A stretch of DNA of 34,797 bases from a virus. Its lineage: Duplodnaviria; Caudoviricetes. The stretch spans positions 1 through 34,797 of the IMG/VR virus record IMGVR_UViG_3300031953_000070; one strand, written 5' to 3'. Below are positions 26,350-34,422 of this stretch, one piece after another. The notes below the pieces were generated by a model. That model ran no database searches, was not told the origin of the DNA, and worked only from the letters and a program-made list of their open reading frames with translations. Within the stretch, counting starts at the first letter, position 1, and each line of letters opens with the position of its first letter. The position numbers and the translations under genes were made by a program.

Positions 26350-27000
26350 TTAGTATTGATACATTTTACATTGAGCTTGTCTTACTGTCATACTTCCGGA
26401 TTGCTCAGATCCCGATGTATTTTCTTTTGTGTCTTTTTCGCTTTCGCGGGCTTCAAAATTTCTTTTTGCCACATTGGTATCGGCATATGCCGGATAAGTG
26501 ACTGGCGAAACATCGTATAGACGTTCTATTTTCTTGATTTGGCGCAATTCATTTTCCCCTTCTTTTTCGATCCAAACCACTTCACTTGCGCGAAATGCAA
26601 AAGAGGACTGGGTGACGTCACCGCTTTCAATCGCGTCCTGAAGATCAATGGCAAACGTGCGGTTTGGCGTTGTGTAGCTATATTTTAATCCAGTTTCATC
26701 TATAGTAAGGCTCAACGTGCCCTTACCTTCATTACTACGGGCGAGAACGAAATTTGGGCTGTGATTAAAAAGGCAGCGCACATCATCATTTAAGATATCA
26801 TCAAATGCACCTGGTAATATTTCTTCATCAAACCAGCCTAGATCTGTACGGCTGTTAAATTTTGCCGCATACCCTTCTATTACAAAAAGCGTGGTCTTTT
26901 TATCTCCTTCAGCACGTTTCTCTACAGAGACTGGCGCGTCAAAAAATCTGCGCTCCGCCTGTTCATCCATTACTTTTGCATAATCTTTAGACTGGCTCAT
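26350..27000 (-). CDS. HK97-family prohead protease
   Basis: IEGYAAKFN...EEILPGAFD...LFNH...SSFAF...LYDVSPVTYPAY. Confidence 0.95.
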   Translation of the reverse strand: MSQSKDYAKVMDEQAERRFFDAPVSVEKRAEGDKKTTLFVIEGYAAKFNSRTDLGWFDEEILPGAFDDILNDDVRCLFNHSPNFVLARSNEGKGTLSLTIDETGLKYSYTTPNRTFAIDLQDAIESGDVTQSSFAFRASEVVWIEKEGENELRQIKKIERLYDVSPVTYPAYADTNVAKRNFEARESEKDTKENTSGSEQSGSMTVRQAQCKMYQY

Positions 27001-28189
27001 TGCTTTGTTTTTTCATTTGTTCTTCAGTCATCATATTGACCATTTGCAATAGTTCGTTACCATCTTTCCGTGGGTTGAGTTCCTCTAATTTTCTAACTTC
27101 ATTAGGCGTCATGAGCTTAAAGGAAACCATGGTTTTATAATATTCCGCACGCGATTTCTGATCGCCCCTGAGCATACTGCGCAGATCGAATTTTATATAG
27201 TGATCCATCTTCTCCTTATCGGAAAACAGTTTGCGGCGGCATTCCTGCTCAATGTTTACCGTACGCGGCATCACACTGTCCTGCTGATGCTCTATGGTCA
27301 TCTGCTGCAGGTTGCTGTAATTGGAATTATCGAGGTGCTTTAATTTATGCGGGGCCACGTTTAGAAACTGGCAGATATGAATGATGCCGCGCGTGTCGGT
27401 TTCCAGCCATTGCGCTTCGGCCGGTGTAACGGTGATTCTTTTGTACTTGAAACCTTCATCCAGTAGCGCTACTTTATGTGCGCCTTCTGAAGACATTTTA
27501 GTTTGAAATGCATTTTCAATTTTCCCCTTATTATCTGCGGTAACATTCATGTCAGTCTCAAGCGTACCGTGCGATAAGCCCTGATTGCTGAACGTGTCAC
27601 CCACAAAGGTTTGTCCGCTCAAGGTGATTCCCATAGAATTTGCGGCGTAGGTAACAATGCCGGTGCCCGAATATCCATTTGTGGAAAAGAAATAGAGGTG
27701 AATCATATCATCGCCATCTATGACGTTGCCTTTATACTTGTAATACATCTTATCGCTGCCCTTGAGCGGCGTGACCTGGTCTGAATCCAAATGCATAAGG
27801 GAAACCACGTTGCCGGTAGCTTTATCCCGGACTATCTTTGCGTAACCGTTGCCCTTCACAATGGCGCAGTAGCACAGGTATTTCCAGAAATTGAAGGGAT
27901 TTTGATAGGGATTAGGTTCTTCGGAAATCAGTTTATGAACGGGGTGGTCTGATAATTTATTGAGGTTGTCACCGTCTTTCTGGAAGACAGCTTTGGGAAG
28001 TTTGGCGATATCATCTGTACACAGATTGACGCCATTGTAGAATGCACCCAGCGTGAGCGCGGAATTCTCATTGATTTTTGAACCGCTTTTAGTTACGGAA
28101 TTACCGAAAAACGGGAAACCACCACCATTTCTGGCGGTGGTTGCTGATCGCAAACTTATCGGTGAAAAGACGTCGTTAAGTATACCCAT
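26987..28189 (-). CDS. Portal protein, HK97 family
   Basis: IAKLP...PNPYQN...GNGYA...LLDEGFKY...MTPNEVRKLEELNP. Confidence 0.95.
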   Translation of the reverse strand: MGILNDVFSPISLRSATTARNGGGFPFFGNSVTKSGSKINENSALTLGAFYNGVNLCTDDIAKLPKAVFQKDGDNLNKLSDHPVHKLISEEPNPYQNPFNFWKYLCYCAIVKGNGYAKIVRDKATGNVVSLMHLDSDQVTPLKGSDKMYYKYKGNVIDGDDMIHLYFFSTNGYSGTGIVTYAANSMGITLSGQTFVGDTFSNQGLSHGTLETDMNVTADNKGKIENAFQTKMSSEGAHKVALLDEGFKYKRITVTPAEAQWLETDTRGIIHICQFLNVAPHKLKHLDNSNYSNLQQMTIEHQQDSVMPRTVNIEQECRRKLFSDKEKMDHYIKFDLRSMLRGDQKSRAEYYKTMVSFKLMTPNEVRKLEELNPRKDGNELLQMVNMMTEEQMKKQSNEPV

Positions 28190-28218
28190 TTTTTAACCTA
28201 ATTAAATACTAACCAGGG

Positions 28219-28267
28219 CAAACATACGGGGCGAAGGGAGGTGATTTATGTATAATGTTTACATTAT
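28219..28267 (-). promoter_or_regulatory. Putative late promoter before the portal gene with an upstream palindrome
   Basis: -7 box TATGTTTG (28219-28226); palindrome ATAATGT-TT-ACATTAT (28252-28267); no clear -33 TTG. Confidence 0.55.
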
Positions 28268-28324
28268 TGAATTAATTGTGGGTGATTTTAGGGGTTTTTT
28301 GATTAGTTTATTATTTGCAGGGAC

Positions 28325-28492
28325 CTACAATAACACAATAAGAATGAAGCCTATTATTACCATTAGCACCACTACGACTAACATAAAGCCACTTCCTGTA
28401 TCTTGCCCTACAACCATGGGATCGTTAATTAAATCATCCCACGCGATATAATCATCTTCCTTAAGTTTATCTAAATAATTCTTGTCAATCAT
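28325..28492 (-). CDS. Small membrane protein (55 aa)
   Basis: MIDKNYLDKL...GFMLVVVVLMVIIGFILIVLL. Confidence 0.5.
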   Translation of the reverse strand: MIDKNYLDKLKEDDYIAWDDLINDPMVVGQDTGSGFMLVVVVLMVIIGFILIVLL

Positions 28493-28525
28493 AATTATGG
28501 TTTAGAAATAATTTATATATTTTTA

Positions 28526-28547
28526 ATTATGGCGAATTCGCCATAAT
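28526..28547. repeat. Perfect 22-bp palindrome
   Basis: ATTATGGCGAATTCGCCATAAT just past the recombinase stop codon. Confidence 0.8.
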
Positions 28548-28553
28548 ATCTAC

Positions 28554-29357
28554 TTAATTAATTAAGCTTGTCAAATTTCTGGCAGAATCAATCGAGGTTT
28601 CCACATAAATGCGAGTGGTCTTTTCGTTTTTATGGCCTAGGGCATCCTGTATTTTAGCCAGATCATTACCGGCATCATACAAATGCGTGGCGAAACTTTT
28701 TCTAAGGGAATGAAAACGGTATTTTTTACCGATATACTTTTTTACGATCGCGGTGCAGCTGGATGGGGAATATTGCTGCCGCCAGTCCTGACCAGTGAAT
28801 ACGTACTGCTTGGTTTTATATTCCCTGAAATACGCAATCAGCATATCGATTATTCCTTCTGAAATAGGCGTGTACCGGTCTTTTGCACCTTTACCGTCAC
28901 GCACCAGAATAACGCCCTGGTCCCGGTCAATATCCTTCCACTTCAAACTGATCACTTCTGAAACACGCAGCCCACAGCCATAGCCCAGCGCTATGATTGA
29001 CCGGTGTTTTAAGTTGGCTATCCGCGGTAGCACTTGAAGGATGTGATTTCTAGGAATAACGGGCTGCTTGTGCGTGACTTTACGCGGCCGTTCAATTTTA
29101 TCTAAATGAACCTGAGATTTACCAAGAATATATTTTGCAAATAGTTTTAAACTGCCTATAATCTGGTTTTGCTGCGAAGTGCTTTTATAATTTCTGTTTT
29201 CCAGATAATCTTCAATTTGCTTTTGCGAAACCTGATGCGGGTCTTTAATATTCTCATTTTTAAAGAACTCCTGAAGATAGTGGGTGTAAACTTCTATGGT
29301 TCTTTCCGCATAGCGCTTGTATCTTAATTTTCTCATGTAAACTTCCAGAACTTTCAT
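28554..29357 (-). CDS. Integron-like/XerD-like tyrosine recombinase
   Basis: SAM-like N-terminus YAERTIEVY...STSQQNQ; GLRVSE, GKGAKDR, HSLRKSFATH, LGH, TTRIY. No IntI-specific insertion is visible. Confidence 0.9.
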   Translation of the reverse strand: MKVLEVYMRKLRYKRYAERTIEVYTHYLQEFFKNENIKDPHQVSQKQIEDYLENRNYKSTSQQNQIIGSLKLFAKYILGKSQVHLDKIERPRKVTHKQPVIPRNHILQVLPRIANLKHRSIIALGYGCGLRVSEVISLKWKDIDRDQGVILVRDGKGAKDRYTPISEGIIDMLIAYFREYKTKQYVFTGQDWRQQYSPSSCTAIVKKYIGKKYRFHSLRKSFATHLYDAGNDLAKIQDALGHKNEKTTRIYVETSIDSARNLTSLIN

Positions 29358-29418
29358 AAGTGGTTAGTGTGTTAGTAAGGGTTAGTTAATAGGGTGGGGT
29401 TATATGGGTGTTGTATGC
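29358..29418 (+). other. attI-like site
   Basis: GTTAGT repeats at 29363, 29371 and 29381, then core G|TTGTATGC at 29410. Confidence 0.6.
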
Positions 29419-29428
29419 AATTGCCTAA

Positions 29429-29680
29429 TTACCATTTTTTAAGCTTAGTATCTAAGCCCTTGCCTCTTAATGTTTCCCAATCTTCGTCGGTCACATCTTT
29501 CGGCAACTGTTCGCTTTGCCCTACAACACGGTCTATAGATAATTGCTGGTCAGCGTACTTTTGCATGGCATTTTTTATATCCGCAAAGAGGTTTCCGTTA
29601 ATTTCTCCTGTTTCAGATATATAATTTAAATTTGCTTTATTAGGCTTGATTTCGTTTATAAAATCCTCTTTTGTCTTCAT
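29429..29680 (-). CDS. Cassette 1 ORF, hypothetical
   Basis: 83 aa; QLSIDRVVGQ is encoded by the attC left arm. Confidence 0.7.
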   Translation of the reverse strand: MKTKEDFINEIKPNKANLNYISETGEINGNLFADIKNAMQKYADQQLSIDRVVGQSEQLPKDVTDEDWETLRGKGLDTKLKKW

Positions 29681-29742
29681 TTTTATTTGGTTAAGTTATT
29701 TTTTAATTCTGCAACAATCCATAGACTAATCCGTTGTAGTGC
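29518..29742 (+). repeat. attC-like site 1
   Basis: CTACAAC-ACG-GTCTATAGATAATTGC ... GCAACAATCCATAGAC-TAATCC-GTTGTAG. Confidence 0.7.
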
Positions 29743-29743
29743 A

Positions 29744-30028
29744 TTAAGTATATACATATCTACAATCAGGCTCGTGGCAAATATCGGCTTCATCTGTAAT
29801 GGTAACTTCTGTACTTCCACACCAAACACATTTGCTATGTTCTGGGTGTTCCTCGCTATTTACTTTTAAGTGAGAATAGTCGTTACCATCAGAATAACGC
29901 ACTACAACACTATGTATAGTTAATTGCTCTATTGCGAATTTTAAAGTTGAGTAGGCGGCATTGCTCACATCTTTACTTTTGTGAAGTTCTTCAAGTGCTG
30001 TGCTTATTTTTTTTGTATCGTAATTCAT
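29744..30028 (-). CDS. Cassette 2 ORF with C-terminal zinc ribbon
   Basis: 94 aa; QLTIHSVVVR comes from the attC arm; CVWC...CHEPDC. Confidence 0.7.
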   Translation of the reverse strand: MNYDTKKISTALEELHKSKDVSNAAYSTLKFAIEQLTIHSVVVRYSDGNDYSHLKVNSEEHPEHSKCVWCGSTEVTITDEADICHEPDCRYVYT

Positions 30029-30097
30029 TTGTTTTTATTTATTAAATTCAGTTATTAATTTGTTCGCAACCATCCATACCACCAGACCGTTCTAAAC
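29899..30097 (+). repeat. attC-like site 2
   Basis: GCACTACAAC-ACTAT-GTATAGTTAATTGC ... GCAACCATCCATAC-CACCAGACC-GTTCTAAAC. Confidence 0.7.
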
Positions 30098-30238
30098 AAT
30101 AAAAACAATATTGGTATACCCCCATTTTACAAGCAGATCATTTGCCCTCTTTTTAGTTGTTTCTCGTATACGACCATAGACCTCATTATTTTCCTCATTT
30201 TTAGCCTCATACTTAAATTCTTTAAAATTTAGTCCCAT
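30092..30238 (-). CDS. Cassette 3 ORF (48 aa), hypothetical
   Basis: MGLNFKEFKYEAKNEENNEVYGRIRETTKKRANDLLVKWGYTNIVFIV. Confidence 0.6.
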   Translation of the reverse strand: MGLNFKEFKYEAKNEENNEVYGRIRETTKKRANDLLVKWGYTNIVFIV

Positions 30239-30254
30239 ATTTATTGTTTTTACA

Positions 30255-30386
30255 GTTAAGAACACGGTATAAAATCCAGTCTTACGCGTGTTTGGTTAAT
30301 TTGTTTTACTCAATTTGTTTTGGTGTGCTTGCCGTCAAATTCCTACGGAATTATGACGACCGTATCTTATACTAATCAGTTAGTAT
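30255..30386 (+). repeat. attC-like site 3
   Basis: GTTAAGAAC-AC-GGTATAA ... inner hairpin 30333-30358 ... TTATACT-AATCA-GTTAGTAT. Confidence 0.7.
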
Positions 30387-30560
30387 TTATTTTTTAGAAA
30401 AAGCCTGGTAAAACCTAAACCCCACCGCTATAGTGATCAGCATTAGCAGCGCTACCCATGCAATTCTAAAATTATTAATGGCTATATAGTCTAGATCAAG
30501 AAGCATTGTTTCAGCAAAAAGAATGGCCAGCGTACTTATTATGGTTATGACTTGTTTCAA
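30387..30560 (-). CDS. Small two-TM membrane protein (57 aa, TTG start)
   Basis: MKQVITIISTLAILF...IAWVALLMLITIAVGFRFY; TTGA-coupled to the upstream gene. Confidence 0.5.
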   Translation of the reverse strand: MKQVITIISTLAILFAETMLLDLDYIAINNFRIAWVALLMLITIAVGFRFYQAFSKK

Positions 30561-30925
30561 GGTTTTGATTTTTGTTTGTTAATTTCCTGCAGGGCTAATC
30601 GCGTTTTTGCGGTCATGGCGATTATGTGAATTTTCAGGCGTTGGCAAATCGTTATTTCAGTCAACATGCCTTCGCTTATCCGATCGCCATAAAGCCATAT
30701 TTCGTTGACCATGCCACTTTCAAGAATGGCCCGGTTATTACCCATGCCCCGGTTGCGTTGCTTTGGATCTGTATCATCAAGCACCATGCAATCTGTCATG
30801 TAGGGCACAAAAGGAACAATGTCGCGCCGGGCAAGGTTAAGCGCATGCACGATCTCCTTTATTTTTTCAAGGTTTTCAAAAACTGATGGGCTGCCCACTG
30901 GATGGGCGATATATACTATTTTCAT
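30557..30925 (-). CDS. DUF4406-like / nucleoside deoxyribosyltransferase-like fold protein
   Basis: IVYIAHP...PFVPY...EIWLYGDRISEGMLTEI. Confidence 0.7.
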   Translation of the reverse strand: MKIVYIAHPVGSPSVFENLEKIKEIVHALNLARRDIVPFVPYMTDCMVLDDTDPKQRNRGMGNNRAILESGMVNEIWLYGDRISEGMLTEITICQRLKIHIIAMTAKTRLALQEINKQKSKP

Positions 30926-31182
30926 TTTTTGGATTTATAATTTTTACAGCAAAGGCGAAAACTGTTGTAATCTGAATACCGCCAATCACCAAATATCTCA
31001 AAATACTGGTCATTTACATCGTTAAATGCTTCAATCTGGGTACGTGAACTTGGCAATATTTTAAAATAATGCTGAAAAAAACCTTCAGGCGTGCCCAGAA
31101 GTCGGGCGAGCGCGTAATTTTCTTCCGCAGATTTTAATTTTTGCTGAATAGCATTCAGTTCATGTGTTGTAATAATGGGCAT
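30922..31182 (-). CDS. Hypothetical protein directly downstream of terL
   Basis: GFFQHYF...EAF..VN..YFEIFG..RYSDYNSFR; likely start MPIITT at 31182. Confidence 0.7.
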   Translation of the reverse strand: MPIITTHELNAIQQKLKSAEENYALARLLGTPEGFFQHYFKILPSSRTQIEAFNDVNDQYFEIFGDWRYSDYNSFRLCCKNYKSKK

Positions 31183-31192
31183 GATTTCGATT

Positions 31193-32911
31193 TTAAATGT
31201 ATATTTCTGCACCTGGGCGGCTGTATTTGCCCCAATTTTTCTTCTGTTCTACACTTATGGAGCCTCCAAGGGCCATAATTGTTGCGATTATACCGTCTAT
31301 GCGGTAGCCGTGGGCGATACTCTTACCCTTATGCGGCTTGATATTGTCGTTTGCATCGCGCACTACGATTGTGCCGGAAAGCATCCATTTTAATAAAGGA
31401 TTGTCCTCATGCAAGATTTTACCTTCGGTTACCAGTTTTTCAAACTCTTTACTGGGTGCGCTCATGTTGCTGATGGCCTGCGAGAAGTACGACACTTGAA
31501 AACCCTGCTCCATGAGTTCATTAACCATCTGGGCAGCGTTCCACTGGTCAAATTCTATGCGGTTTACCCCATTTATATGGTAGGTTTTGGCAATTCTATT
31601 TTTCACCACTTCATAATCTACCACATTGCCTTCCGTAGGTATCAACCAGCCCTCACGCGCCCATAGATCGTACGGCACTTTATCTTCACGGCTGCGGCGC
31701 TTGATGGTTTCCTTCGGGCAGAAAGCCCACATTTTTAAGTATCTGTAACCATCTTCATCGGGTTCCGTAAGGTTTACGTATGCGGTAATGTCTGTGGTTG
31801 TACTAAGGTCTGCCGCGGCAAAGCTGCCAAGCTTTTTAAATACGCCTTCGGGAATTTCCTTCACGATCCCTTTATCCCAGGTATCACCCAGAATCCAAAC
31901 TTCTGGCGCATCTACCCACATATTGAGGTGCTTTGTCTGGAAATTAGGCACTTTACTGATCTGATTTGTAGCCTTGGTGTACTCTTTTTCGATGCTTTCT
32001 ATGCTCAAACCCTGCCCCAAAAGTGGATTTGCCTTAAACCAGTTGGCTTTATCCTGCCAGTCATCTTTTGGATCGAGGTCGTGAATCATAATCCACAGAT
32101 GATCATCGTGCTTTTTACCGTCCAGAATCTCTATGCAGGTATCTTCGTAGTGCTTGCAAACGCCCATCGTGTATACGCCTGCGGTGGTAATATGGTACGT
32201 GATAGGTTGCAGGCGCTGCACGGAAGATGATTCCAGATTTTCCTTGACGCTGTCGTCTTTATGCGCGTGGTATTCATCTATGATGCTCAGGTGACTGTTT
32301 ATACCATCCTGGGTTTTACTGTCACCGCCCAGCGGCCGCATTTTTGATCCTAAAGGTGTGAAACGGATTTCTTTTTGCAGTTTCCGAAAGCCCAAACCTG
32401 CAAGAAACGGACTTGCATGCGCGGCATGCTCGATGAAATCTGCGGCCTGATCCCAGCATAATTTTGCCTGATCTTCTTTGGTCGCGCCCACATAGACTTC
32501 CGCGCTGCTCTCGTGGTCTAGCGTCATTACACCCAGCGCCATACCCGCCATTTCTGCGGTTTTGCCGTTCTTTTTTGCCCGTTTATCATACACGGTATTG
32601 ATGCGTCGCTTTCCTTCAGCGTCTTTCCATCCGAAAAGGTTGTACATCGTGAACTGCTGAAAGGGTGCAAGAACAAATGGTTTACCCGCCACTCTGCCCT
32701 TTGTATGCTTGAGCGCGGTGGGAAAGAAGTTTATGATCTGCATCCCGGCATTATGGTCCAGATGGTAACCGTCTGCTTCGGCGGTTTCCATCCACTTGTA
32801 GAAACGGTCTACTGCCTGGCGTATGCGATGGCCCACAACCACACTACCGTCACGTACGCCTGCGGCGTATTGGAATGGGATTGAGTTTAATTGGGTGGTT
32901 GTGGGTTGCAT
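31193..32911 (-). CDS. terL: Terminase large subunit (Terminase_1 family)
   Basis: AKKNGKT Walker A, IIDEYH Walker B, ITTAG, KANP, DLSTTTD, FDQWNA, RIDG. Confidence 0.96.
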   Translation of the reverse strand: MQPTTTQLNSIPFQYAAGVRDGSVVVGHRIRQAVDRFYKWMETAEADGYHLDHNAGMQIINFFPTALKHTKGRVAGKPFVLAPFQQFTMYNLFGWKDAEGKRRINTVYDKRAKKNGKTAEMAGMALGVMTLDHESSAEVYVGATKEDQAKLCWDQAADFIEHAAHASPFLAGLGFRKLQKEIRFTPLGSKMRPLGGDSKTQDGINSHLSIIDEYHAHKDDSVKENLESSSVQRLQPITYHITTAGVYTMGVCKHYEDTCIEILDGKKHDDHLWIMIHDLDPKDDWQDKANWFKANPLLGQGLSIESIEKEYTKATNQISKVPNFQTKHLNMWVDAPEVWILGDTWDKGIVKEIPEGVFKKLGSFAAADLSTTTDITAYVNLTEPDEDGYRYLKMWAFCPKETIKRRSREDKVPYDLWAREGWLIPTEGNVVDYEVVKNRIAKTYHINGVNRIEFDQWNAAQMVNELMEQGFQVSYFSQAISNMSAPSKEFEKLVTEGKILHEDNPLLKWMLSGTIVVRDANDNIKPHKGKSIAHGYRIDGIIATIMALGGSISVEQKKNWGKYSRPGAEIYI

Positions 32912-32915
32912 GGGG

Positions 32916-33131
32916 TTATGAATTAGTAGCTACAAATATTTCAAAGCCATTTATAACTTCGTGGTGTGACCTATCTGCATCGGCCATTCCTCCTTTTACA
33001 AGTGTTTTTGCCATTGCTTCGCCATTTTTATCAAAAAGCTCAGCTCTTATAGTTTCAGCATTGTATTTATCAGTTCTATAGATGAAGTAATTTTCACCGT
33101 CCCCTAAGTAATATTTTTTATTTAGTTCCAT
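32916..33131 (-). CDS. Hypothetical protein
   Basis: 71-aa ORF in the operon. Confidence 0.6.
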   Translation of the reverse strand: MELNKKYYLGDGENYFIYRTDKYNAETIRAELFDKNGEAMAKTLVKGGMADADRSHHEVINGFEIFVATNS

Positions 33132-33147
33132 AATGTTAAAATTTTGG

Positions 33148-33642
33148 TTAGTATTTTAAATTTGTCCAGTGAATAATTTTACCTGTGGAGTCTTTATTGA
33201 AATAAGCAAAGAAATCTTCTGCGGAATCAAAGCCGTCGTTAATGGCTAGGTTTTCAATTTCTACAGGCGTAAGATTTCGATTGTCAATGTGTACAGAAGG
33301 ATTTGCAATTTGAAAACCTGCACTATCAATATTTTGGTATATTGCTATGAGCTGAACCGATTTACAGATAACTACAGGAGCAAACTGAAACCGCTGCGGC
33401 GTTCTATTATTGATAACGAAATGGATGTTTTTACCGGCTTCCCACCTGTTTTTTGAATCGGTGCGAATGGTGTGTTTCTTTTTTCTGCCTTTAGCCTTTT
33501 CTGTATCGAAACCTTTTTTATTTACTTCCCTCCAATAAGGATATTGCACTTCTGGTTCCAATAAAGCAAATAAGCAGTGGTGTATCTGTTCTACAAAATG
33601 GGTAGGGTTTCCCTTAATTTCTGTTTTGAATGATAATGTCAT
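33148..33642 (-). CDS. ASCH/PUA-like domain protein
   Basis: KKHTIR...W.AG..IHF...LAINDGFDS.EDFF.YF...GKIIHW. Confidence 0.65.
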   Translation of the reverse strand: MTLSFKTEIKGNPTHFVEQIHHCLFALLEPEVQYPYWREVNKKGFDTEKAKGRKKKHTIRTDSKNRWEAGKNIHFVINNRTPQRFQFAPVVICKSVQLIAIYQNIDSAGFQIANPSVHIDNRNLTPVEIENLAINDGFDSAEDFFAYFNKDSTGKIIHWTNLKY

Positions 33643-33663
33643 TGTGGTTAGTATTTTAAAATT

Positions 33664-33686
33664 AAAAAAGGCCGGAGCTAGCGGCC
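33664..33686 (-). terminator. Putative rho-independent terminator
   Basis: - strand GGCCG-CTAGCTC-CGGCC-TTTTTT after the 33697 stop. Confidence 0.5.
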
Positions 33687-33696
33687 CTTTACTGGT

Positions 33697-34422
33697 TTAT
33701 ATAAAAATTACCGTGGTGTGCTTTTCGATTTTACCCACTTCTTCCATGACACGTTTTTCTCTGGATTCATCAACCAGCTCTGCTGCGTCTGCGCTTTCCA
33801 GAAAGCATTTAATATCAAGGCTGGATCCTGCTTCTATCACAATATCTATTTTGATACTTTGTGATTCTTCACCTTCGATAAGCGGAATGTTGATTTCAAA
33901 TGATTCTGGCACATTAGATTCTACCGCTTGCTCAAAAAGAATTGATTTATTGCCGCGGCGGTCATCTTCATCATTGAGATTACTGTTTACTTTCGCCTGA
34001 AAATTAAAAAGGGCACCCACTACTTTTGCATGCTCAGCCTTGTCTGGGAAAATGGAGCGCAGTAGCTTGAATTTTTTAGAAAGTTCTTTGGGCGCATAAA
34101 ATTTACCGGGGTTATTGATACCTAGGGCTTGATAAATTTTTGAAGTCTCGATCTTACCGGTAATCGAATGCTTGAGCAATGGCCAGCTTTCATTTACGAT
34201 CAACTGAATGGTGCCTTCACTTTTAGAAACCAAAGCGTGGGAAGTCTTCACCTCTATATTTTCTTTACGATAGTCAATGTATCGAGAAGGTGAATCTATC
34301 GTGCCAGATATGGTTAAAGGCTCTGGCTTCTCGATGGTATCTGCGGCACCGGTTCGGATTACAAGCTCTTTTAATTTAGGATTGTTCTCTAATTCTTGCT
34401 GTACTATTTTCTCGTTACTCAT
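33697..34422 (-). CDS. Conserved phage protein, YfdQ/DUF2303-like
   Basis: ISGTIDSP...VPESFEINIPLIEGEE pattern; family assignment tentative. Confidence 0.55.
   Translation of the reverse strand: MSNEKIVQQELENNPKLKELVIRTGAADTIEKPEPLTISGTIDSPSRYIDYRKENIEVKTSHALVSKSEGTIQLIVNESWPLLKHSITGKIETSKIYQALGINNPGKFYAPKELSKKFKLLRSIFPDKAEHAKVVGALFNFQAKVNSNLNDEDDRRGNKSILFEQAVESNVPESFEINIPLIEGEESQSIKIDIVIEAGSSLDIKCFLESADAAELVDESREKRVMEEVGKIEKHTTVIFI

Larger units (their letters stand above)
29411..30379 (+). mobile_element. Array of three gene cassettes (29411-29733, 29734-30089, 30090-30379)
   Basis: Each cassette begins at G|TT and contains an AAC-ending inverse core complementary to its own 5' end. Confidence 0.75.

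Noticed and set aside
28535-28563. Xer dif site
   Set aside because: The left half loosely resembles a XerC arm, but there is no TTATGTTAAAT-like XerD arm.
29410-30386. CRISPR array
   Set aside because: The repeats are short, degenerate and inverted, the spacing is about 300 bp with ORFs between, and no cas genes are present.
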